Shown here piece by piece: positions 30,405 to 39,007 of a DNA stretch of 64,000 nt. The stretch spans positions 480,001 to 544,000 of the forward strand of contig CBDCYI010000005.1 in assembly GCA_965224085.1 (NCBI GenBank), written 5' to 3'. Each line of letters begins with the position of its first letter. Position 1 is the first letter of the stretch. Under the pieces are notes generated by a model. That model was given only the letters and a program-made list of their open reading frames with translations, made no database searches and was not told where the DNA came from. The position numbers and the translations under genes were made by a program. The DNA is from Candidatus Marinacidobacterales bacterium. GTDB lineage: Bacteria; Acidobacteriota; Vicinamibacteria; Marinacidobacterales; SMYC01.

Positions 30405-30438
30405 GCCCCGCATCCTGAAAGGATGTCGGGGCTTTTTT
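30405..30438 (+). terminator. Attenuator terminator
   Basis: gccccgcatcct-gaa-aggatgtcggggc followed by T6. Confidence 0.85.
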
Positions 30439-30440
30439 AG

Positions 30441-30981
30441 TGTCTCTTCCGGGGATGGTCGAAACCCCTCGCCTTTAGGCGAAGAGAAGATCGTGGTATT
30501 GTGGTCGCGTGCGTCACTACAGGCACGGAGCGCACACGAAAACGGACCTAAAAGCGCACATCGTTTGGATACCGAAATATCGTAAAAAGGTTTTGATCGG
30601 TCCAGTAGCGGTTCGTGTGCGCGATCTGATTCGTCAGATCGCGATGGAACATGAGCTGCACATAATCTCGGGTAAGGTTGCACGCGACCACGTCCACGTG
30701 TTCGTATCCTACCGACCACACCAGGACCTTGAGTACGATCGTGCAGTGGCTAAAAGGAATAAGCTCCCGAGTACTCCTTCAGGAGTTTGCTCACCTGAGG
30801 AAGAAGTTTTGGGGCCGGCACTTCTGGGCCCGAGGATATCTGGCGGTGAGTTCAGGAAGCATAACGGACGAGATGGTAAAGGAGTACATAGACTCCCAGG
30901 ATGGCGAGCCTCTTCACGACGACAGTCAATTTCCAATTGACAGCCCTTGAAGCCACCGCCTTCTAGGCGGTGGTTGTTCAC
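30441..30981 (+). mobile_element. IS200-like element A, copy 2 (541 bp)
   Basis: Reverse complement of 9666-10205 with one extra T and at least one substitution; follows TTAG and ends in TCAC. Confidence 0.92.
30509..30950 (+). pseudogene. tnpA: TnpA with +1 frameshift
   Basis: gaccTtgagt at 30729-30730 vs gacctgagt in copy 1 splits the ORF. Confidence 0.85.
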
Positions 30982-31008
30982 TTTTGGGCGAAGGTTTAGG
31001 ACGAAACC

Positions 31009-32181
31009 ATGAACGGTTCCGCGATACTCATCCAATGTCTCGAGCGCGAAGGCACGGACGTCGTGTTCGGTTATCCCGGCGGCGCAATCATGCCGGTCTA
31101 CGACGCGCTTTACGACGCCGAGTTGAAGCACGTGCTCGTGCGACACGAGCAAGCGGCCGTGCTCGCGGCCGACGGCTATGCGCGGGCGACCGGCAAGCTC
31201 GGCGTGTGTATCGCGACTTCGGGTCCCGGCGCGACGAACCTCGTCACCGGGCTCGCCAACGCCTTCATGGATTCGGTGCCGCTCGTGGCCATCACCGGAC
31301 AAGTTCCGACGAGCCTTCTCGGGACGGACGCGTTCCAGGAAGTCGATATTTTCGGCATCACGCTTCCTGTCGTGAAGCACAGTTTTCTCGTGCGACGTGT
31401 CGAGGAGCTTGCCGAAGTCGTGCACGAAGCTTTTCGGCTCGCGCGATCCAAGCGGCCCGGTCCGGTGCTCATCGACTTGCCGAAGGACGTCGCGAGCGCG
31501 CCGTGCGATCTCGAGCTGTCCGAGCTCCCGCCCTGCGACGTGACGGCTCCCCTGTCGACCGATTCGCTCGACGAAGCCCGCTCCCTCCTGGCGTCCGCGA
31601 AGAGGCCCATCCTCTATGCTGGAGGCGGTATCGTTCTCGGCCGCGCCGTCGATGCCTTTCGGCGTTTCGTTGAAAAGACGCGCATTCCCGTGACCACGAC
31701 CCTCAAGGGCCTCGGCGTCCTCCCCACGGATCACGAGCTCTTTCTCGGCATGCTCGGTATGCATGGTACGAAGGCCGCGAATCTGGCCATCCGTGACTGC
31801 GATCTCCTCGTTGGTGTTGGCGTGCGCTTCGATGACCGTGCGACGGGGAAGCTTTCGGAGTTCGCACCCAACGCCAAGGTTTTGCATCTTGACGTGGATC
31901 CTGCCGAAGTCGGTAAGCTGCGGCGTCCCGATGTTGCCCTCGTCGGCTCGCTCGAAGCTTCGCTCGAGGCTTTGTTCGAAGCTGGCGCGGCCTCCCTCGA
32001 TATCGTGAGCTGGCGCAGGGCATGCGCCCGGCTGAAGGAAGAGCACCGGTGGGACTACGACATGCCGGCCGACGGGATCTACGGTCCGCGCTTTCTCAAG
32101 AAACTCTCCGAAGCGGCCGACCCGGGCACGATCTTCGCTTGCGATGTCGGTCAGCATCAGATGTGGGTGGCGCAACACTGC
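31009..32181 (+). pseudogene. ilvG: Acetolactate synthase large subunit, truncated after about 391 aa
   Basis: MNG..VFGYPGGAIMPVYDALYD, RHEQ, TSGPGATN, DAFQE, GMLGMHG, RFDDR, DVGQHQMW; TPP-binding C-terminus replaced by IS5. Confidence 0.9.
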
Positions 32182-33268
32182 TGCCTTGGTGCACAACTCG
32201 CGATCTCGGTCCACAATTGTCCTGTACTCGCGGATACGAGGTTCCCCATGAGCATTTTCAAACGCACTCAGCGGAAGTATGTGAAGAAGGCCTATCGCGT
32301 GAGGAATTGGCGTGAATATGAGGCGGGTCTACGCAACCGCGGGAGCCTGACCGTCTGGATCTCGCTCACCGCCGGCAAGCTTGTGAACTGGGACGCGCCC
32401 CGGCCAAGGAGGAGGAAACCGGGCCGTCAACGCAAGTACTCGAACCACGCCATCGAGACGGCTGTCACCCTGGGCATGGTGTTTCATCTGTCGTCTAGGC
32501 AGAGCGAGGGATTGCTGCGATCGTTGTTCGCTCTGATGAAGCTAGACAATGATGTGCCCGATCACACCACGATCTCGAGGCGCAAGGCGAAGCTGGGTAA
32601 GGTCCCCTTCTACCAAGACAAGCAGAAGACGCCGTTGCACATCTTGATCGACAGCAGCGGTCTCGCTGTACACGCCGGCCAGCTGCGCAGAGCACCAAAT
32701 AGCAGGGACTATCGCAAGCTCCATCTGTGTGTCGACGAGCAGACTGGCGAAGTCGTCGCCGGCGAGCTGACGAGCAAAAGAGCCCGCGATTCATCGCGGG
32801 TTGCATCGCTTGTCAGACAGAGCGACAGTCCCATCTCATCGGCCAGAGCTGACACCGCATACGACGCCAGCGGCGTCTATGAGGCAATCGAGAATCACAG
32901 CGCTCATCGCTCGCCGAGGGTGCTGATACCGCCGCGCAAGGGCGCCCTGCTCGCATCGGGGCCGGCGAGCAGCCGACAGCGCAATCGCAACATTGCAGCA
33001 CAAGCTCGGCTCGGCAAACGAAAGTGGCACACAGAATCGGGCTACAGCAAACGGAGCAAAGTCGAGACAACGTTCCATCGCTACAAGGCTATCGTGGGCT
33101 CAGCAATGCGAGCGAGAGGGTTGGCGGCACAGAGAGTCGAGGCAAGGATCGGGTGCAAGATTCTCAACACCATGACGGCGCTCGGGATGCCTGATAGCGA
33201 GATGATCGGATGATGGGAGTCGGGGCCAAGCGAGCTCTTGGCCTCTATCGGAGTTGTGCACCAAGGCA
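32182..33268 (+). mobile_element. IS5 family (IS903 group) element, copy 2, 1087 bp
   Basis: Same 18-bp IRs as copy 1; no target duplication. Confidence 0.95.
32248..33213 (+). CDS. IS5/IS903-group transposase
   Basis: Differs from copy 1 at about five residues. Confidence 0.93.
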   Translation: MSIFKRTQRKYVKKAYRVRNWREYEAGLRNRGSLTVWISLTAGKLVNWDAPRPRRRKPGRQRKYSNHAIETAVTLGMVFHLSSRQSEGLLRSLFALMKLDNDVPDHTTISRRKAKLGKVPFYQDKQKTPLHILIDSSGLAVHAGQLRRAPNSRDYRKLHLCVDEQTGEVVAGELTSKRARDSSRVASLVRQSDSPISSARADTAYDASGVYEAIENHSAHRSPRVLIPPRKGALLASGPASSRQRNRNIAAQARLGKRKWHTESGYSKRSKVETTFHRYKAIVGSAMRARGLAAQRVEARIGCKILNTMTALGMPDSEMIG

Positions 33269-33283
33269 GGTCGGAGCCGCAGA

Positions 33284-33562
33284 CTAGCCACCCGCAGCTT
33301 TTTTCTCTGCTTCTTTCTTAGCGGCTTCTTCCTCTTCTTCGATCGCCACCCGCTCGGCGTCCGTCAGGACATCCATGAGCTCCCAGGCCTGCTTCTGCGG
33401 GCCGGAAACCATACCGATGAGGTCGGGGTCCTCTCCAGATGCATCCACCTTGACGCGGTCAGTATTCCTCTGGATCCGCCTTTCCGCTTTGATCCGCTGT
33501 TTCTCCTGACGTGCACGTTCTTTTTGACGCTTGATGAACGTCTGTCGACTTCGATTCGCCAT
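33284..33562 (-). CDS. Small charged hypothetical protein
   Basis: RBS AGGAGG; MANRSRQTFIKRQKERARQEKQ...EDPDLIGMVSGPQ. Confidence 0.7.
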   Translation of the reverse strand: MANRSRQTFIKRQKERARQEKQRIKAERRIQRNTDRVKVDASGEDPDLIGMVSGPQKQAWELMDVLTDAERVAIEEEEEAAKKEAEKKAAGG

Positions 33563-33691
33563 AGGCAAACCTCCTGGTTTGTGCTGCTTTTTTAACCGCG
33601 CCAGGTTGAGGGTACCTTTCAAAACCCACCGAACAAAAGCGTTAGCCAAAGATGTATTTTAGTACAGTAGAAACGCCCGGGCAAGGACACA

Positions 33692-34798
33692 TCAATCCGT
33701 GGGCGATCCGTCCAAAAACCCCTCGAGGGGGCGCTCCTCGGCGCCATTCTCGTTGCAGGTCGCGTAGACTTGCTCGCCCGACGCGTACATCGCGACCCCG
33801 GCATATTCGCCTTTCTTGTTCAGGACGAAAAACCGCAGATTGAAGCTCGGGAGCCCCCGATCGTTGAGGAGCCGCTTTTCGACGGTGTTGGCCCGAACCC
33901 GCCGAAGTGCTTCCATACCAGCATCTTTCGGGTGTGTGCCGCCGCGGAGCTGCTCGACGATGAAGAACGAACATAGATTGTAGAGGTTTGCCTCTCCTCG
34001 TCCGGTGGAGCCAGCCGCCCCGACATCCCCGTCGACGTAAAGCCCGGCGCCGAGTATTGGCGAATCCCCCGTGCGCCCAGGGATCTTGAATGACAGCCCA
34101 CTCGTTGTGGTAACGCCCGCGATCTCGCCTTTCTCGTTGATGGCGTCGCAGTTGGTCGTGCCCCAGAAGTGGTCCTCGGAAATCAGCCCGTCGGCGACCA
34201 TCGTGAGCCCGGCGCGGTAGCCCTCATCCGCGCGCTTTTTGGGATCGAGGTAGTGGCTCGGGTCGACACGACGCTTCCATTCGAGCCAGTGTTTCCGAGA
34301 TTTCTTGGTGTTGAGGTCATCCTCGACTTTCACGCCCATGTTGCGTGCGAAGCTCTGCGCCCCGTCGCCCACCAGTAGATGGTGGTCGGTGTTCTCCATC
34401 ACAGCCTTTGCCACGACGGAGGGCGTGCGCACGCCTTCGATGGCCGCGACTCCGCCCGCCCGCTTGCTCGGCCCGTCCATGCAGCAGGCGTCGAGCTGCA
34501 CCACGCCGTCGGCGTTTGGAAGACCTCCGTAGCCGATGCCGCTCTCTTCCGGATCGTTCTCGGGGATTTGCACGCCGGCGACGACGGCGTCGATGACCCG
34601 ATCGCCTTCGGCCATGCGATAAAACGCCATTTCCACCGAGCTCATCGGCCCGCCATTCTTGAAACGGATGCCGCTTACATCGGAAATGACGACGGGCTGG
34701 ACCTCGGATGGAATCAACATCGTCGGCGCGGCTGCGATGGCGGCGGGCGCGACGACGCTACTCTTCACGAACTCACGACGATTGACTTTGCGCGGCAT
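33692..34798 (-). CDS. N4-(beta-N-acetylglucosaminyl)-L-asparaginase / Ntn asparaginase_2, Tat signal
   Basis: RREFV, GYGGLPNADGVVQLDA, G-TT cleavage region, TTTSGL, GRTGDSPILGAG, TGRGE. Confidence 0.9.
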   Translation of the reverse strand: MPRKVNRREFVKSSVVAPAAIAAAPTMLIPSEVQPVVISDVSGIRFKNGGPMSSVEMAFYRMAEGDRVIDAVVAGVQIPENDPEESGIGYGGLPNADGVVQLDACCMDGPSKRAGGVAAIEGVRTPSVVAKAVMENTDHHLLVGDGAQSFARNMGVKVEDDLNTKKSRKHWLEWKRRVDPSHYLDPKKRADEGYRAGLTMVADGLISEDHFWGTTNCDAINEKGEIAGVTTTSGLSFKIPGRTGDSPILGAGLYVDGDVGAAGSTGRGEANLYNLCSFFIVEQLRGGTHPKDAGMEALRRVRANTVEKRLLNDRGLPSFNLRFFVLNKKGEYAGVAMYASGEQVYATCNENGAEERPLEGFLDGSPTD

Positions 34799-34855
34799 TG
34801 GGCTTTCTCCCTGTACGCGACGTATTCTTGGTTGCAGGTGCTATTATAGAGCTAA

Positions 34856-36103
34856 ATGTCAACGAAGAAACAGGTTAGCCACATCAAGCTCACTTCACAC
34901 CCCGGGCAAACGAAGCCCATCCCGATCCGCTGGGACGCTCCGACGGCCGCGGAGCGCGGCCCCGTCGTGGGCACGCTGTCCGATCCTCAGAAACGCAATG
35001 TCATCGGAACTCATTCTGGTTCCTACGCGGTCTACCGCGCGCTCGCGGTCGCCGCGAAAGCGCTCGATCCCGAGCACAAGCCGGATTTCACCGACACGTC
35101 GCCATGGCACGCTATCGGGCCGCACCCGCAGTGGGCCAACGAGAACCGCATCGTCTCGATCGATCCTTTTGGCGCCACCGTGCACGACGCGTTCTCGGAC
35201 TATTACGACCAGGGATTTGACATCCGCCCGAGCATCGCGATTACGAAAGCGCATCTTCAGATGCCGGAGATCAAGGAGGCGATCGAAGCGGGGAGGCTCG
35301 AGGCCGACGGCGAGATCTTGAAAGAAGGCGGCAACTGCGCGGTCACCAAGGCTGCCATCGAGCCGTGCTGGTACCTACCCGAAGTCGCGAAGCGCTTCGG
35401 CACGGAGGAGGGGGAACTCCGACGGATTCTCTTCGAGCAAACGGGCGGTATGTTCCCGGAGCTCGTCACGCGCGGCGATCTCGGGGTCTTCTTGCCACCG
35501 ATTGGCGGGAAGACGGTCTACATCTTTGGCGATCCCGAGAAGCTCTCGGACAAAAAGAGCCCGGTGACCGCACGGGTTCACGACGAGTGCAACGGCTCGG
35601 ACGTCTTCGGCTCGGATATCTGTACATGCCGTCCTTATCTCGCTCACGGCATTGAAGAATGCATCCGCTGCGCGCAGGAAGGCGGCGCCGGTGTCATCGT
35701 CTACTTCCGCAAGGAAGGCCGCGCGCTCGGGGAGGTCACGAAGTTTCTCGTGTACAATGCGCGCAAAAGGCAAGAAGGAGGCGACCGCGCCGAGGAATAT
35801 TTCGCGCGCACCGAATGCGTCGCCGGCGTTCAAGATATGCGGTTCCAGACGCTCATGCCGGACGTTTTGCACTGGCTCGGCATACGGCGCATCGATCGCT
35901 TCGTCTCGATGAGCAACTTGAAATACGACGCGATCGTGAGCTCCGGGATCGAGATCGGTGAGCGGGTACGCATCCCGCCGGAACTCGTGCCGGCGGACGC
36001 GCAGGTCGAGATCGACGCCAAGATGGCAGCGGGCTACTACACCGATGGCGAGCTTCCAGACGAGGGCGAGCTGGGAAAGCCCAAAGGGCGCTCTTTCGGA
36101 TAG
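34856..36103 (+). CDS. URC1-like GTP cyclohydrolase II with N-terminal extension
   Basis: RNVIGTHSGSYAVYRALA, RVHDECNGSDVFGSDICTC, KEGRALG, QDMRFQ. Confidence 0.9.
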   Translation: MSTKKQVSHIKLTSHPGQTKPIPIRWDAPTAAERGPVVGTLSDPQKRNVIGTHSGSYAVYRALAVAAKALDPEHKPDFTDTSPWHAIGPHPQWANENRIVSIDPFGATVHDAFSDYYDQGFDIRPSIAITKAHLQMPEIKEAIEAGRLEADGEILKEGGNCAVTKAAIEPCWYLPEVAKRFGTEEGELRRILFEQTGGMFPELVTRGDLGVFLPPIGGKTVYIFGDPEKLSDKKSPVTARVHDECNGSDVFGSDICTCRPYLAHGIEECIRCAQEGGAGVIVYFRKEGRALGEVTKFLVYNARKRQEGGDRAEEYFARTECVAGVQDMRFQTLMPDVLHWLGIRRIDRFVSMSNLKYDAIVSSGIEIGERVRIPPELVPADAQVEIDAKMAAGYYTDGELPDEGELGKPKGRSFG

Positions 36104-37251
36104 TGCCGACCTCTCCCGTCCAATTTCTTCGAACGCCCGAGGCCGTCCGCGAGCGAGCGGAGAACATCTTTCGCGCCGAGCGTGAGCACTTCGATGTGCG
36201 GCTCGACCGGCTGCCCAGGGTGGTCGAGATGGTGCACGAGGTGACGCAATCCGCCTACCCGAAGGGAAACATCCCAATCCACGGGCGCTTCCGTCACTTC
36301 GGTGAGGCGCGCCTCGCGCTTCTCGACAATACGATCTCGGGTGTCGACCGAGCGGCGCGAGCGTGCGCACAGATCGATCTCGTCGTCACGAGCGTTCTTC
36401 TCGATGCCGGCGCGGGGGCGCGGTGGCGCTACCTCGAGCCCGGGACGGGCGAGGAGCTAAAGCACTCGGAAGGCTTGGCGGTCGCGAGCTTTCACATGTT
36501 CATGGCCGGCGCTTTTTCGCATGAGGGCGGCGCGCAGGCGACCGCCGCGGGGTTGGCATCGATCGACGAGACCGCCCTCGCGGACGGTTTCCAGGTCGAA
36601 GCCGACAATCCGCTCGTGGGTCTCGAAGGACGCACCGAGCTCCTGCGCGCACTCGGCCGAGCGCTCGAAGCAAAGCCCGAGCTCTTTGGCGAGACGGGGC
36701 GTCCGGGTCATTTGTTCGATACGGTCGATGCGAATGCCCGGGCGCTCCTCGACGCGGTGCTTTCCGGGCTCGGCTCGATCTGGCCTAGGCACTTGACTCT
36801 CGACGGCGAGAAACTCGGCGACGTCTGGCGGCACCCGCTCGCGGGCGGCGACGGCCCGAGCGCCGGTCTCGTGCCGTTTCACAAACTCTCGCAGTGGCTG
36901 ACTTACTCGCTGGTCGAGCCTTTCGAGCAGGGCGGCCGGAAGGTCGCGAATGTCGACAGCTTGACGGGGCTCGCCGAATATCGCAACGGCGGACTCTTCG
37001 TCGATCTCGGCGTCGTCGTGCCAAAGCACGACGCGGTGACGCGCGAGGCGCACCCACCCGATTCGGAGATCGTCGTCGAGTGGCGCGCTCTCACGATCTC
37101 ACTTCTCGACCGTGTCGCAGAAGCTTTGAAGATGCCCATCCCTCGTCTGCTCGAGGGAGGCACGTGGCAGGCGGGGCGGATCGCCGCGCGCGAGAGGCGC
37201 GAAGACGGCTCGCCCCCGATCCGCATCGAAAGCGACGGTACGGTTTTCTAG
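36103..37251 (+). CDS. URC4/Urg3 (DUF1688) protein
   Basis: IPIHGRFRHF, SVLLDAGAG, EGLAVAS, FHKLSQWLTYSL, LTGLAEYRNGGL, VEWRALT, SDGTVF. Confidence 0.9.
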   Translation: MPTSPVQFLRTPEAVRERAENIFRAEREHFDVRLDRLPRVVEMVHEVTQSAYPKGNIPIHGRFRHFGEARLALLDNTISGVDRAARACAQIDLVVTSVLLDAGAGARWRYLEPGTGEELKHSEGLAVASFHMFMAGAFSHEGGAQATAAGLASIDETALADGFQVEADNPLVGLEGRTELLRALGRALEAKPELFGETGRPGHLFDTVDANARALLDAVLSGLGSIWPRHLTLDGEKLGDVWRHPLAGGDGPSAGLVPFHKLSQWLTYSLVEPFEQGGRKVANVDSLTGLAEYRNGGLFVDLGVVVPKHDAVTREAHPPDSEIVVEWRALTISLLDRVAEALKMPIPRLLEGGTWQAGRIAARERREDGSPPIRIESDGTVF

Positions 37252-37266
37252 ACAGGAGCTCTCCCC

Positions 37267-37563
37267 ATGCCAGAGTTACACGTCATCGATCACCCGCTCA
37301 TCACACACAAGATGACTCATATGCGGAAGAAGCAAACGAGTACGGGACAGTTTAGAGCGCTCGTGCAAGAGGTCAGCATGCTTCTCGCGTACGAAGTCAC
37401 GCGCGATTTCCCGCTGAGCCCCATGCCCATCGAGACCCCGCTCGAAAAAATGACGGCGCAAGTTCTCGACGGCAAGAAGATCGTCTTCGTGTCCATCTTG
37501 CGCGCCGGTAACGGCATCCTCGACGGAATGTTGCGTATTCTGCCTTCCGCCCGCGTGGGTCAC
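37267..37563 (+). pseudogene. upp: Uracil phosphoribosyltransferase, N-terminal half
   Basis: [36 protein letters not shown], then lost (no DPMLATG). Confidence 0.9.
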
Positions 37564-37786
37564 TTCGTTGAAGCGATACTGACGTCGTTTCCCATTATCA
37601 GCTTCGATTGCGTCGCCGCGCGCACCCATGCGCGACTCTGGGCGAGCCTTTTGTCCAAGGGGGCGCACAATTGGCGCGCACGATCTGCTTATCGCTGCGA
37701 CGGCCATATCCAGAGGACTCGGCGTCGTGACTCGCGACCAGAGAAGCTTTCCAGAGATCCCCGGGTTGAGCGTAGACGTCTGGTGA
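37564..37786 (+). pseudogene. C-terminal half of a PIN/VapC toxin
   Basis: [26 protein letters not shown], frameshift in G5, [12 protein letters not shown]...[15 protein letters not shown]. Confidence 0.85.
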
Positions 37787-37852
37787 ACAATAGGCGCGAG
37801 GGCGTCGCTTTCCTGTTGGACAACTGCACCTCTATTTTCTTTGCTTGGCGGA

Positions 37853-38725
37853 TCAATGCCTCTGAACGAAATACGAGCCCGTTACGACAAGTAGCGCCCC
37901 GAAGAAGAGCTCGGGGCCTACTTGCTCCCCAAGGACGAGCCAGCTCAACAGAACGCCGAAGAGCGGCTGTGTCAGATACACGGTCGCGACTCGCGACGGC
38001 GGAAAGTTCTTTAGAAGCCACGTCTGCAAGAGAAAGGCGAAGCCGGCGATCACAATGCCTTGATAGAAGAGCGCCATTCCGAAGCGGGCCGTGTACTGTG
38101 TCGGGTCGGTCTCGAAGAGCGCGCTCGCGGCGAGAAAGCTCAACGTGCCAACGCCCGCTTGGGCAAGCAAGAGCTTTTCCACGGCGATCCCTTGCGCCGA
38201 GGCCGACAGGACGATCTGCCGCCCGCCGAGCAAAAGCGAGGAAACGACGAGTAGGCCGTCACCGAGAAGCGTTCCACCGTCGCCGCGAAGGCTCGTGATG
38301 AACACCACGACAACACCGCTATAGGCCACGATCGCGCCGAGCGCGCGCGTGCGTGTGAGCCTGTCACCAGGCACGAGAAAGTGAGCCAACACCGAGGTCC
38401 ATAACGGATAGGCACTCATGATGACCGCAGCGTGGCCGGCGCTCGTGTGGTTTTGTCCTATGTTCATGAAGGCGAGCTGGGAGGAGAACAGGCAACCGAG
38501 CCCGATGAGCGCCGTCCACTCATGGCGCTCCACGCGGAGCGACTGACGGCGGAAAGCCGCCGCCAGGAGCACGATGAGGCCGCCGAGCACGAAACGCATC
38601 CATCCCAGACGCAAGGGCGGGCAGTCCCGTAGCCCAGCTTTCACCGCGACGGGGTTGCCTCCCCAGAGTACGGAAAGCGACACCGCGAGCCCGAGCGCGC
38701 CTTTCGTCAGTTTTTCGTGTCTCAA
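37853..38725 (-). CDS. DMT/EamA-family transporter
   Basis: [12 protein letters not shown], ten hydrophobic segments, [14 protein letters not shown]. Confidence 0.9.
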   Translation of the reverse strand: MRHEKLTKGALGLAVSLSVLWGGNPVAVKAGLRDCPPLRLGWMRFVLGGLIVLLAAAFRRQSLRVERHEWTALIGLGCLFSSQLAFMNIGQNHTSAGHAAVIMSAYPLWTSVLAHFLVPGDRLTRTRALGAIVAYSGVVVVFITSLRGDGGTLLGDGLLVVSSLLLGGRQIVLSASAQGIAVEKLLLAQAGVGTLSFLAASALFETDPTQYTARFGMALFYQGIVIAGFAFLLQTWLLKNFPPSRVATVYLTQPLFGVLLSWLVLGEQVGPELFFGALLVVTGSYFVQRH

Positions 38726-38765
38726 GCCCGCACATCTTATAGGATCGCCCGTCTGGAACTTGACG

Positions 38766-39002
38766 ATGGACGAAACCACAGAGCCGAATCTCGGCGCTTT
38801 TCGAGACGTTCCGTTCATGGGCGTCATCTTCGTCGTCCACGAAGCCATGAAGCGCGGCTTCGTGAACGGCCATCCCGACTGGAGCAATCTCGGTCAAGGC
38901 CAGCCCGAAATCGGCCCGATGGAGGGCACCCACGCGGATCAAAAACGTCCAAATCGAGCCCGAGGACCACGCCCACGGGCCTCTCGAAGGCGTTTCCGAG
39001 TT
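38766..39002 (+). pseudogene. N-terminal remnant of class I/II PLP aminotransferase
   Basis: FRDVPFMGVIFV..WSNLGQGQPE; frameshift near 38925; truncated at about 39000. Confidence 0.65.
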
Positions 39003-39007
39003 TGGCT

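Noticed and set aside
34856-36103. Riboflavin ribA
   Set aside because: The long N-terminal extension and linkage to URC4 and upp fit URC1; no rib genes nearby.
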